64,000 bases of DNA, taken from the IMG/VR virus record IMGVR_UViG_3300008266_000015; one strand, given 5' to 3'. The number at the start of each line of letters is the position of its first letter. Within the stretch, counting starts at the first letter, position 1. This DNA comes from a virus. Made by a program: the position numbers and the translations under genes. Below, in pieces: positions 18,306 to 27,815 of the stretch. The notes below the pieces were generated by a model that saw only the letters and a program-made list of their open reading frames with translations, ran no database searches and was not told where the DNA came from.

Positions 18306-19340
18306 ATGGGGAGTTTATACGCTAAAAATAAAATTTATACTGGATATGATGGAAATAAGATAGGATTTCAAGCATCATCTAGTGTATCTTCTTCTGTATT
18401 TGCTATGGTAAGAAGTGGAAGTTTTTTTCTTTCTTATCCTACTAATTTAACATTAGAAGGAACAACATATATTCCCTTTTCTGGTTCATTTCAAGAATTA
18501 CGTTTTTATAAAACCAATTTAAGTGAAAGTAAGTTTGATGATTATGTAATGAATCCATATTCAATTGAAGGAAACCAATTAATTGGAAATCAAAGTTCTT
18601 TAAAAGCATTAGTATTTAGAGCCCCATTAGGAACAATGTTGGATAGTGGATCTGATACCATAAGAACCTCAATCCATCCGGGAATATCTACTATTCCACC
18701 CCGCCCAACATTTAGAACTATAGCTGCTACAAGTAGCTTATATACATTAAATGGTATATATTCATTCCCTTCTCAAACTGAAATCATATATCAAGATCAA
18801 TTCTCCTCAGGTGTTAAAAATGCAGTAACTGAAAAAATTAGGATAATAGATCAAACACTTCCAACTGGAAGTACATTATCTCAATATATTTCTATTCAAC
18901 AGGATTTCTTAATGGATGAAAACTTCAGTAAAGATATTAATTATGTTGAAGCAGGTTTTTCACCACAAGATGAAATTAACGATGATATTATAGAACAGCT
19001 TGGCTCATTCAATATAGGTAATTATATTGGTGATCCAAGACAAATATCTTCATCATTAACATATTATCCTGATTTTAACATATTAAGAGATAGTTATTTT
19101 TCTAAGTATATCCACAATTATGATATATGGGATTATATAAGATTAATTAAATTTTATGATAATTCATTATTTAAGATGATTCAAGATTTTACACCTTCAC
19201 GCGCTGGTTTAGCAACAGGAATTATTATTAAACAGACATTATTAGAAAGAAATAGATATCCATTACCTCAAGCTACAACAAATAGCGAAATAACATTTGT
19301 AGGTAGCCCAACAACAAAAACATTAAATATACCGTATTAA
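18306..19340 (+). CDS. Baseplate/tail structural protein
   Basis: FSGSFQELRFY (LamG-like C-terminal strand), LLERNR. Confidence 0.65.
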   Translation: MGSLYAKNKIYTGYDGNKIGFQASSSVSSSVFAMVRSGSFFLSYPTNLTLEGTTYIPFSGSFQELRFYKTNLSESKFDDYVMNPYSIEGNQLIGNQSSLKALVFRAPLGTMLDSGSDTIRTSIHPGISTIPPRPTFRTIAATSSLYTLNGIYSFPSQTEIIYQDQFSSGVKNAVTEKIRIIDQTLPTGSTLSQYISIQQDFLMDENFSKDINYVEAGFSPQDEINDDIIEQLGSFNIGNYIGDPRQISSSLTYYPDFNILRDSYFSKYIHNYDIWDYIRLIKFYDNSLFKMIQDFTPSRAGLATGIIIKQTLLERNRYPLPQATTNSEITFVGSPTTKTLNIPY

Positions 19341-22126
19341 TGGCTTTAAAAGATATTACAATAACAGGTTCAATAGGTAGCTATCCTACTCTATCATACG
19401 GGCAAAAAACTTATATTTCATCAACAGATGAAGAATCATTTCCGATAGAACATTTTACTGGAAGCGCTGGGGGAGCAACTCCTAATTTTAATGGTCAATA
19501 TTCAACAACAGATTTATTTGTTAACATTACTCAATCATGGAGTGGTTCAACAAATACTCAAGTTGGCATTGTTGATTTTGTTCATGATACTCAAGAAGAA
19601 TTCATTAATGGAGAATATAGTGGTTCAGGTATAGAGGTAACTCATCAAAGATTAATTGGGGAGGATTGTATTCAACTCTTAAATGTTAGTACTGTTCCTG
19701 TAAATTATAAACCTTTCTTTTATGTAGCTATAAACACTAACCCATTTAATCCTCCTGATCCTAGTTATGGAACTACAATAAATAATTTTTTAAATTTTAA
19801 CACATCTCCAAACTCGGGGGAAGTATACTTACTTAGCATACAATATGTAATACAAAAACCTGGAGGAGGATTTTCTAATATTAGAAAAGTTACTCATATT
19901 AAAGTTAATAGATTTGATGATCAAGGAGATGATAATACTTTATCTTTACAAGAATTAAATTCATTAAGAATATTATTTAGTGATTTAGGACCAGTTGATT
20001 TTCCAATACTATCAATTACCGAATATCCAACATATTATTTATATACAACTGATAAAACATTACCTTATAGTGCTACTAGCTCAATAGATAATAATGTATT
20101 AGATTTTAGTTTTAGTGCATCTGTAGCTTCATTAGTTGTAATTGATGGGCCTGCGATTCAATATGTAAATAATTATAATTTAAATACTGATCCACAAAAC
20201 GCCTTCGATCCAATTTCAGGTATATATATTACTAAAAATACACCTAATGTTGTATTAACATATACTGCTTCATTCACTGCTAGTTACTCAACTGGAGGAA
20301 CTTTTGCAGAAAAATTATTTGTTATAAGTAATCTTATAAATCCAGGTTTTAGTACAAGTAATATAAATTTAGGAGCAAATACTTTTAGTGGAACATTTAA
20401 TGCAATAGAAAATATATCACAATGTCAAGCTGCATTTTCATTTGAAAGAGTAACAGGAGCAGGTAATCTTACAATTACTGATTTTCAATGGCAGTTCACC
20501 CAATCCGTAGCTCCTAGTTCTTCAACTAATCTAACAGTTTTAAGTCCATATTTATTTGAAAATTTTGAATATAGTGATTGTAATGCTTTATTTAATAATG
20601 CTACTACTTTAGAATTAGACCCAAATTTTTATAAAGTAAATTATGATACTGGATTATTGGTACCTACAAATCAACAACAGATTTTAGATGGAACCGCAGA
20701 ATTCGCACCTGTAAAACCATATAATTATTCACTAAATGCTCAGATTCTTCCAAGATATAATGGTGTAAAAGTAGTTCAACAAAACAAAAATATCTGGACT
20801 TCGGGTGATATTGCTCCTTCAAAAACACCTTCTTTACAATCATTAAGTACATATTTTGCTTATTTTGAATGGATGGGGGGAACCACACCTGAATTAAAAG
20901 ATAAATTTGCTGCTAGTCTTAAATATTTAATCAATGAAGACGGGGATGTTTTGACCCCAAATATCTCAAGTTCATATTATTACAATCTAATAGACAATTT
21001 TGAAACAGGCCAAAAAGTAAATGTATCCTTATACTCAGATGTTGGGAGTGTAACAAATGTAGGTGGTCCCAAATCCATACTAAGAGCAGGAGCTATACCA
21101 TGGGGTATAATTGCTTCCCAAACAGGAAGTAACCAAAATGTTCAAACTACAATGTCATTTGGAAATGAAACCATACCATCAATCCCCGATTACTATTCAG
21201 TATTCGGAAAATCAAGTCCCCAACCAATACTAACTGGTGGTACAGAATATATAAGTATAAATACAGATATTGTTAATTCCCCAAATACTTCTATTTCTTC
21301 TAGTAATTCTATAAAAATAGATTTAAATTCAAATTTAACTACAGTATCATTTAAAGTTACATTAAGAGCTACTCTTAGCGCGGCTGAACCTAATCCACCA
21401 TCAACAGCACAGGCATATGTATATCTACAAAAATCTACAGATAGCGGCATAACCTGGACTAATGTAGCTTCATCTCTGTGGAATTTATCTCCTGGAACTA
21501 ATAATTCTAAAACATTAAGTTCTCCATTTTCTACTCCATATAGTTCGGATAGATATAGATGTATGGTAGAAAATGATTCTAATTTTTATGATATAGAAAT
21601 TAAACATATATCCCCAAATAATACTACATTTACTATAGACCAGAATCCAAGAAATGCTGCAACTACTGCATCTTCCGCTCAAGATTACTGGCGTACAGGA
21701 TCATTATCTAAAAATGTATTGACAGGATCTCAATTTTATACTCTATATAATTCTTCACCACCATTAGTTCAAAAGAACTATTCTGCTTCTGGATATTTTG
21801 ATTTCTTACCCTTTACACTACAAATTGGGGATCAAATTAGATTTGAAGGAGATGAAAACCAAACATATGAAATTTATAATATAGATAATAGTGATGTAAG
21901 TCAATCTCTTTACTTAACAATAGATAGAAATATTCCTGATGGTACAAATTTAAATTCATTTTTAATCCGACGTTATCATCCACATCCTAATTTTATAACA
22001 TTAGATTGGAATGGTAGTGGATTTACAGGTGGTCCTGGATTTTTATTCCCTGAATATGCTAATAATAATCTTACTAAAAACTTTAACAATATAATTGTGA
22101 AACTTAAAGAAAAAAACTTAATTTAA
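19340..22126 (+). CDS. Large tail/baseplate structural protein
   Basis: S/T/N-rich beta protein, 928 aa, coupled to the previous gene. Confidence 0.7.
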   Translation: MALKDITITGSIGSYPTLSYGQKTYISSTDEESFPIEHFTGSAGGATPNFNGQYSTTDLFVNITQSWSGSTNTQVGIVDFVHDTQEEFINGEYSGSGIEVTHQRLIGEDCIQLLNVSTVPVNYKPFFYVAINTNPFNPPDPSYGTTINNFLNFNTSPNSGEVYLLSIQYVIQKPGGGFSNIRKVTHIKVNRFDDQGDDNTLSLQELNSLRILFSDLGPVDFPILSITEYPTYYLYTTDKTLPYSATSSIDNNVLDFSFSASVASLVVIDGPAIQYVNNYNLNTDPQNAFDPISGIYITKNTPNVVLTYTASFTASYSTGGTFAEKLFVISNLINPGFSTSNINLGANTFSGTFNAIENISQCQAAFSFERVTGAGNLTITDFQWQFTQSVAPSSSTNLTVLSPYLFENFEYSDCNALFNNATTLELDPNFYKVNYDTGLLVPTNQQQILDGTAEFAPVKPYNYSLNAQILPRYNGVKVVQQNKNIWTSGDIAPSKTPSLQSLSTYFAYFEWMGGTTPELKDKFAASLKYLINEDGDVLTPNISSSYYYNLIDNFETGQKVNVSLYSDVGSVTNVGGPKSILRAGAIPWGIIASQTGSNQNVQTTMSFGNETIPSIPDYYSVFGKSSPQPILTGGTEYISINTDIVNSPNTSISSSNSIKIDLNSNLTTVSFKVTLRATLSAAEPNPPSTAQAYVYLQKSTDSGITWTNVASSLWNLSPGTNNSKTLSSPFSTPYSSDRYRCMVENDSNFYDIEIKHISPNNTTFTIDQNPRNAATTASSAQDYWRTGSLSKNVLTGSQFYTLYNSSPPLVQKNYSASGYFDFLPFTLQIGDQIRFEGDENQTYEIYNIDNSDVSQSLYLTIDRNIPDGTNLNSFLIRRYHPHPNFITLDWNGSGFTGGPGFLFPEYANNNLTKNFNNIIVKLKEKNLI

Positions 22127-22146
22127 ATAAAAATATAACTTAATAA

Positions 22147-22154
22147 TATTTATA
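22147..22154 (+). promoter_or_regulatory. Late promoter motif TATTTATA
   Basis: Recurrent motif. Confidence 0.7.
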
Positions 22155-22164
22155 ATAAAAAATA

Positions 22165-22815
22165 ATGGGATATTTAAATAATAGCGTTATAACAGTAGAC
22201 GCAATTTTGACTACAAAAGGAAGACAGTTATTAGCACAAAATGACGGTTCTTTTAGAATTACTCAATTCGCACTAGCAGATGATGAAATTGACTATACAA
22301 TGTATAATCCAATCCATCCATCTGGGTCTTCATATTATGGTGAAGCAATTTTAAACATGCCTTTATTAGAAGCATTTCCTTCCGAAACCCAAATTATGAA
22401 GTACAAATTAGTTACTTTACCTAGAGGAACAGCTAGATTACCTGTATTATCAATTCCACCAACTATTGTTCAAGCTCAAGGTTCATCATTATCTATTACT
22501 CCTCAAACATTAAATTATTTTGGAGGAAACACATTTGAAACAGCAGGATATACTTATACAATCTCGGATGTGCGTTTATTTAGTACGTTTGAAGGAGTAG
22601 GTATTAATACACCATCTGCTCAAGCATTAAATACTACAACTACATTGGGTACTAATGTTTCTAAAACAGTTGTAGGTACATCTTTAAATATGAGATTTAC
22701 TACTGTTAATACATTATTTGGAGCTAATAATAAACTATATGCTACATTAACTGTAGAAGGTAGAGATAGCGGAGCAAGAATAACAATACCTGTAACTGTA
22801 ACAAAAGCATCATAA
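22165..22815 (+). CDS. Tail/baseplate structural protein (tail-collar-fibre-like N-terminus)
   Basis: ILTTKGRQLLA...ITQFALAD motif. Confidence 0.65.
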   Translation: MGYLNNSVITVDAILTTKGRQLLAQNDGSFRITQFALADDEIDYTMYNPIHPSGSSYYGEAILNMPLLEAFPSETQIMKYKLVTLPRGTARLPVLSIPPTIVQAQGSSLSITPQTLNYFGGNTFETAGYTYTISDVRLFSTFEGVGINTPSAQALNTTTTLGTNVSKTVVGTSLNMRFTTVNTLFGANNKLYATLTVEGRDSGARITIPVTVTKAS

Positions 22816-22831
22816 AAAATAATACAAAAAT

Positions 22832-23854
22832 ATGTCAACATTTAATCGTTTAATACCTGAAGATTTTGTAGTAAGTTCTGATTCAATCACGGCTACATTA
22901 TGGTCAGGTGGAGCAGTAGCTTTAACAAATTTTTATACCTCATCAAATCAAGAAGCTGGATCATCAGGAGATTTTTATTTAAATATTTATCAATCTGATC
23001 CTATTTCTGCTACGGATGCGGAAGTACAATTTGCTATTGCTTATGGAAATAAACAGGGTAGTGGAAGTTCATGGTATAATGGGGCTGTACCTGGTGCTTC
23101 TCCAACTAGAACTACTTATGGTCAGTACAGAACATTAATTTTAGGAGATGAAAACTCAGATTTTGTTTTTGGAAATATTACATCATCTGATTTTTGGGCA
23201 CTTTCAATTGATAGAACTCGTTATAAACAATCTCTATTCCCAGGCTCAATGACATTATTACTTTCAGGATCAGGAGGAGTAATATCATTAACTGACAATA
23301 GTAATTATGTTAGTTCTATTGTATTTAATGATGCAGGAAGAGTTTACCAATTAGTTAGTGGTTCAGCAGGAACTCTTTATTCAGGTTCAGGAACAGATGC
23401 AAATGGGTTTAGCCCTTCATCTGGTTCATACGGATATTTTCTTCCAGATATTGGAACAATTTTATTAAATCCATTAGCTTTATCTCAATCTATTAATTTA
23501 GAACCTAGTAGATCTTCAAATTCAGATGGATTAAATTATCAAAGATTATATAATGCTATTAGTTCATCAGCTACTTCATCTTTTAGATTAAACAGTCAAG
23601 AAACAATATCCTCAGATTATATATTCATTAGAGCTAGGAATGCTGAATTTAACTACTCAGAAAATCCAAGTTACATCTCAGGAAGTACAGGTGAGGTAAT
23701 TTATAATTCATTTATAAACAATCCACAAACATTTCCTACAACAATTGGTTTATATAACGATAATAATGAATTATTGGCTGTTGCTAAACTTTCAAGACCA
23801 CTATTAAAAGATTTTACAAAAGAAGCATTAGTGAGAGTTAAATTAGATTTCTAA
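22832..23854 (+). CDS. Tail/baseplate structural protein
   Basis: C-terminal TTIGLYNDNNELLAVAKL. Confidence 0.7.
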   Translation: MSTFNRLIPEDFVVSSDSITATLWSGGAVALTNFYTSSNQEAGSSGDFYLNIYQSDPISATDAEVQFAIAYGNKQGSGSSWYNGAVPGASPTRTTYGQYRTLILGDENSDFVFGNITSSDFWALSIDRTRYKQSLFPGSMTLLLSGSGGVISLTDNSNYVSSIVFNDAGRVYQLVSGSAGTLYSGSGTDANGFSPSSGSYGYFLPDIGTILLNPLALSQSINLEPSRSSNSDGLNYQRLYNAISSSATSSFRLNSQETISSDYIFIRARNAEFNYSENPSYISGSTGEVIYNSFINNPQTFPTTIGLYNDNNELLAVAKLSRPLLKDFTKEALVRVKLDF

Positions 23855-23859
23855 AATCA

Positions 23860-24780
23860 ATGAGCGCTTACAAGCAACTTCTAACTTCTGATATAATTGT
23901 TACTCCATTTGAGGTAAATAAAGAATTTACCTTTTATGGGGGTAATTCTCTAATTAATCCAAACGTAGGAATAGATAGATTATTAGGTCAAAACATAGTT
24001 GGAACTTTATTTAATCCATTATCAGATCCTACTACAGGAAATTTAGGAACCCAATATCAAAGATTAGTTTACAATTCAATTAAAGAGCTCTATTATTCAA
24101 ATTATTTGAGTTCTAGTTATGGAGATGCAGTCAATCAACCAGTTTTGATTCCTGGTAGAGATGAGGAAGGAAATCGATTTGTGGGTTCTACAATGAACCC
24201 ACAATTCGATAACTACTTACAAACCACTCTTACTTATCCAAAATTCTTTCCTACCTCATCAGGTAATTATATAGGAGTTATTTCTATTCCTGCTCGTTTG
24301 TTTGGAGATTACATTAAACCAAATACATTTAGATTTAATGCAGGAGCAAATTATTTAATAGATGATGGAGAAGGAAATGTATTAACCAATGGAGGAGAAA
24401 TAATAGGAAATATATTTTATCCTCATGGGATTATTACTATAACTTCTGCTTCTTTTGGTACTATAAATTCATTTGTATCAAATACTGATATAACTTGTTC
24501 ATTTAGTAGTTCATATAAAATATATGAAACACAATATAAATGTACAATTAGAGAAAATGAATATAATTTATCCTTAAACCCAAGTTTAATATCAGGTAGT
24601 AATTCAGCTAGTTTAGGTATCCCATATGGATTTATAACTGAATCATATTTTTCTCCTTATATCACCACAGTTGGATTATATGATGAAGCACAAAACCTAT
24701 TAGCAATAGGTAAATTGGCTCAACCATTACCTTCTTCACCAACAACAGATACAACAATATTGATTAATATAGATAGATAA
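23860..24780 (+). CDS. Tail/baseplate structural protein, paralog of 22832
   Basis: C-terminal TTVGLYDEAQNLLAIGKL; IDDGEGN. Confidence 0.7.
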   Translation: MSAYKQLLTSDIIVTPFEVNKEFTFYGGNSLINPNVGIDRLLGQNIVGTLFNPLSDPTTGNLGTQYQRLVYNSIKELYYSNYLSSSYGDAVNQPVLIPGRDEEGNRFVGSTMNPQFDNYLQTTLTYPKFFPTSSGNYIGVISIPARLFGDYIKPNTFRFNAGANYLIDDGEGNVLTNGGEIIGNIFYPHGIITITSASFGTINSFVSNTDITCSFSSSYKIYETQYKCTIRENEYNLSLNPSLISGSNSASLGIPYGFITESYFSPYITTVGLYDEAQNLLAIGKLAQPLPSSPTTDTTILINIDR

Positions 24781-25224
24781 ATGTGGTTATATAAAGACAA
24801 AGTTATAGAAAATACAGAAGACATTCCTGAAAACACATTTGGTTTTATATATGTAACAACCCATATACCAACAGGTATATCTTATATAGGTAAGAAATCT
24901 TTAATTCACAATGTAAAGAAAAAACTTACTAAAAAAGAATTAATCGAACAAACAGGTCCTGGTCGTAAACCAACTAGTAAAGTTGTCCAAAAGGAATCAG
25001 ATTGGAAAACATATTATGGTTCCGCAAAACCAATACTCGAGCTGTTAAAAGCAGGAAAGCACTCAGAATTTACACGCGAAATACTACAGTTTGTTCCTAA
25101 TAAAAAGTTATTAACATATTATGAGTGCAAGTATTTATTTAAATATAGCGTGTTAGAACATTCCAATAAATATTTTAATGACAACATTTTAGGAAAATTT
25201 TTCACAAAAGACTTTTTAAACTAG
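24781..25224 (+). CDS. GIY-YIG family nuclease
   Basis: GFIY...SYIGKK...WKTYYGS. Confidence 0.8.
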   Translation: MWLYKDKVIENTEDIPENTFGFIYVTTHIPTGISYIGKKSLIHNVKKKLTKKELIEQTGPGRKPTSKVVQKESDWKTYYGSAKPILELLKAGKHSEFTREILQFVPNKKLLTYYECKYLFKYSVLEHSNKYFNDNILGKFFTKDFLN

Positions 25225-25251
25225 GATATCCAAGATGTCTTTCATATATTA
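25222..25251 (+). promoter_or_regulatory. Early-type promoter for primase
   Basis: TAGG-N19-TATATTA; the TAG is the upstream stop codon. Confidence 0.75.
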
Positions 25252-25259
25252 AATAAGTT

Positions 25260-26195
25260 ATGGGAAATAATGCGTTAACATATTTGATTGATTCAATTTT
25301 AGGTAAAAGTAAATCCACATCTAAAGGTAATAGAGCATATCATTGCCCTGAATGTAAACATCATAAGTTAAAACTTGAAATTAATTTAGATGAAACCTCC
25401 CCACACTTTCAATCATACAATTGTTGGACGTGTGGTTTTAAAGGTAAAAAATTAACAACCCTGTTTAAAAAAATAGAGGCGGATTTCGATAAAGTAAATC
25501 AATTAAAATTATTAGTTAAATCCATTCCAAAAGATTTTGAAGGAAAAATAATTGAAACTAAAAAAATAACACTACCTAAAGAATTTATTTCATTGATTAA
25601 TCCTCCAAGTAGTTTAACAGCTAAACATGCTTTACATTATTTAAAAACTCGAAATATAACTCAAGAAGATATTATTAAGTATAATATAGGGTATTGTGAG
25701 TTTGGGAATTATTCAAACATGATCATTATCCCATCATATGATTCGGAAGGAAATTTAAATTATTTCACTTCCAGAAATTTTAATAAAAATTCCTCAATTA
25801 AATACAAAAACCCAGATATATCAAGAGATATAATTGGGTTAGAACTTTTTATAAATTGGAATACACCTATTACATTGTGTGAGGGAATGTTTGATGCTAT
25901 TGCTATTAAACGGAATGTTATTCCATTACTTGGAAAAACTATTCAAAATAGTTTAATGAAAAAACTAATCAATTCCTCAGTACAAAAAATATATATTGCA
26001 TTAGATAAAGACGCCATTAAACAAGCGTTAAATTTTTGTGAAACATTAATGAATGAAGGTAAAGAAGTTTATTTAGTTAATATTGACGATAAGGATCCAA
26101 GTGATATGGGATTTGTTAAGTTTACTAACCTAATTCAAAACACGTTTCCTTTAACCTTCTCAAACTTACTTGAGAAAAAATTACAAATTATATGA
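25260..26195 (+). CDS. DNA primase (DnaG/gp61-like)
   Basis: Zn finger CPEC...CWTC, KYKNP, TOPRIM LCEGMFDA and ALDKD. Confidence 0.9.
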   Translation: MGNNALTYLIDSILGKSKSTSKGNRAYHCPECKHHKLKLEINLDETSPHFQSYNCWTCGFKGKKLTTLFKKIEADFDKVNQLKLLVKSIPKDFEGKIIETKKITLPKEFISLINPPSSLTAKHALHYLKTRNITQEDIIKYNIGYCEFGNYSNMIIIPSYDSEGNLNYFTSRNFNKNSSIKYKNPDISRDIIGLELFINWNTPITLCEGMFDAIAIKRNVIPLLGKTIQNSLMKKLINSSVQKIYIALDKDAIKQALNFCETLMNEGKEVYLVNIDDKDPSDMGFVKFTNLIQNTFPLTFSNLLEKKLQII

Positions 26196-26962
26196 GCAAA
26201 ATTAAGCATTCATATGATCGAATTTTAGAAATATCTGACGACCATAAACAAATTACATTGCCTGATTCCAGGTATTACAGACGAAATGGTGAATATTACC
26301 CTTCAGTAACATATGTATTAAACTTATATCCTAAAGGGAAATTTTTTGAAGACTGGTTAAAAAAAGTAGGTTATGCTTCTGAATATATCGTTAAAAAAGC
26401 ATCTGAAGAAGGTACTCAAGTACATGAATTATGTGAAGCATATTTAAATGGTGAAGAATTATATTTTCTATCTCACTCAGGAAAACCCCAACATCATCCA
26501 GATGTATGGCAAATGTTTTTACGTTTTGTAGATTTTTGGGAAGAATTCACTCCAAAATTAATTGAAACCGAAGTACATTTATTTTCAGATGAACTTAAAG
26601 TAGCAGGAACCTGCGATTTAATTGTTGAAATAAACGATAAATTATGGTTGTTAGACATTAAAACATCTAACCAAATGCATTCAACTTATGAACTTCAAAC
26701 CGCGGTTTATGGTCAATGTTATCAAGAATGCTATAATAAAAAGGTAGATCATTATGGAATATTATGGTTGAAATCATCCAAACGTAAATCATCAAAAGGT
26801 AAAATGCAAGGCAAAGGATGGGAAATTTTAGAATCAGAAAGAACATTTGAAGAAAACATTGATATCTTCAAAACTATTAAAAAACTATTTGATTTAGAAA
26901 ATCCTACAGCCTCTCCATCATTCGAGTCATTTAGAACTACTGTAAAACGAAAAGATCTATAA
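26192..26962 (+). CDS. PD-(D/E)XK exonuclease
   Basis: YPSVT, GTQVH, AGTCDL, LLDIKTS, QTAVY. Confidence 0.85.
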   Translation: MSKIKHSYDRILEISDDHKQITLPDSRYYRRNGEYYPSVTYVLNLYPKGKFFEDWLKKVGYASEYIVKKASEEGTQVHELCEAYLNGEELYFLSHSGKPQHHPDVWQMFLRFVDFWEEFTPKLIETEVHLFSDELKVAGTCDLIVEINDKLWLLDIKTSNQMHSTYELQTAVYGQCYQECYNKKVDHYGILWLKSSKRKSSKGKMQGKGWEILESERTFEENIDIFKTIKKLFDLENPTASPSFESFRTTVKRKDL

Positions 26963-26970
26963 TATTTATA
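26963..26970 (+). promoter_or_regulatory. Late promoter motif TATTTATA
   Basis: Tandem with the early promoter at 26983. Confidence 0.65.
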
Positions 26971-26982
26971 ATGAGAGAGAAT

Positions 26983-27012
26983 TGGGATTCCTAAATTCTT
27001 TTTTGTATATTA
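26983..27012 (+). promoter_or_regulatory. Early-type promoter
   Basis: TGGG-N19-TATATTA. Confidence 0.65.
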
Positions 27013-27017
27013 ATATT

Positions 27018-27815
27018 ATGATAAAACTTACTCAACTATTACAAGAAGCACTTTCTAAACCCAAAGCCATAATCATGGCGGGAGGTGCTTCAGTAGGTAA
27101 ATCCACGGTACTTAAATCTATTGATCCTATAGTTAAAGATTTTGACAATCTAAACGCAGATAAATATGTTGAAGATAAAGATTCTCCAATGTATAGAAAT
27201 TTATCTGCTGCATCTACTCAAATTAGAAAAAAAGATTTACCAAACGCTATAAAAAATCAAAAAAATCTTATTTACGACACTACGGCCTCTAATTTATCTA
27301 CTTTACAACCAATTCTAGATGAATTAAATAGTAATGGGTATGAAACCATGATGATTATGGTTTATGCCCATCCTGTTGTTTCATTTCTAAGAAATTTTAA
27401 ACGTGAACGTAAAGTACCAGCTGTAGGTGTTTTAGGAACATGGGCTAATGTGTATAACTTATTAGACGAATATAAAAATATATTTGGTGATAAATTTATA
27501 TTGGTAAATTCTCCATCTGGACCTGAAGAACAAAAAGAAATAGCCAATTTTGAAAAAGCATACCAAGATGGCAAACTATCAGAATACTTTAATAGTTTAT
27601 TATCTACAGGAGAATTCGCTTCTACTTTTAAAAAAGATGATACAACTCTATCTCCTGAAGAAAAAGAAAAAAGAGAAAAACAAAGAGAAAATACTCGTAA
27701 AACATTAGAAAAAAATATTGAAAAAATTTCTACCACATATGGAGATATTCAATCTAAATTAGACCCAATTGATAGTAAAGAGTTGCCTAATATTGTTAAA
27801 AACTTTGTTAAATGA
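27018..27815 (+). CDS. Zeta-toxin/AAA_33-like P-loop kinase with N-terminal head-targeting-like peptide
   Basis: MIKLTQLLQE|...AIIMAGGASVGKST...NAD...YDTT...RNFKRERKVP; start moved to the ATG at 27018, downstream of the promoter. Confidence 0.75.
   Translation: MIKLTQLLQEALSKPKAIIMAGGASVGKSTVLKSIDPIVKDFDNLNADKYVEDKDSPMYRNLSAASTQIRKKDLPNAIKNQKNLIYDTTASNLSTLQPILDELNSNGYETMMIMVYAHPVVSFLRNFKRERKVPAVGVLGTWANVYNLLDEYKNIFGDKFILVNSPSGPEEQKEIANFEKAYQDGKLSEYFNSLLSTGEFASTFKKDDTTLSPEEKEKREKQRENTRKTLEKNIEKISTTYGDIQSKLDPIDSKELPNIVKNFVK

Noticed and set aside
26192-26962. Cas4 / CRISPR adaptation gene
   Set aside because: PD-(D/E)XK motifs are present but there is no Cas4 Fe-S cysteine set or CRISPR context; its position next to primase fits a replication exonuclease.
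27018-27815. Epsilon-zeta toxin-antitoxin module
   Set aside because: No antitoxin-like partner gene; family resemblance only.
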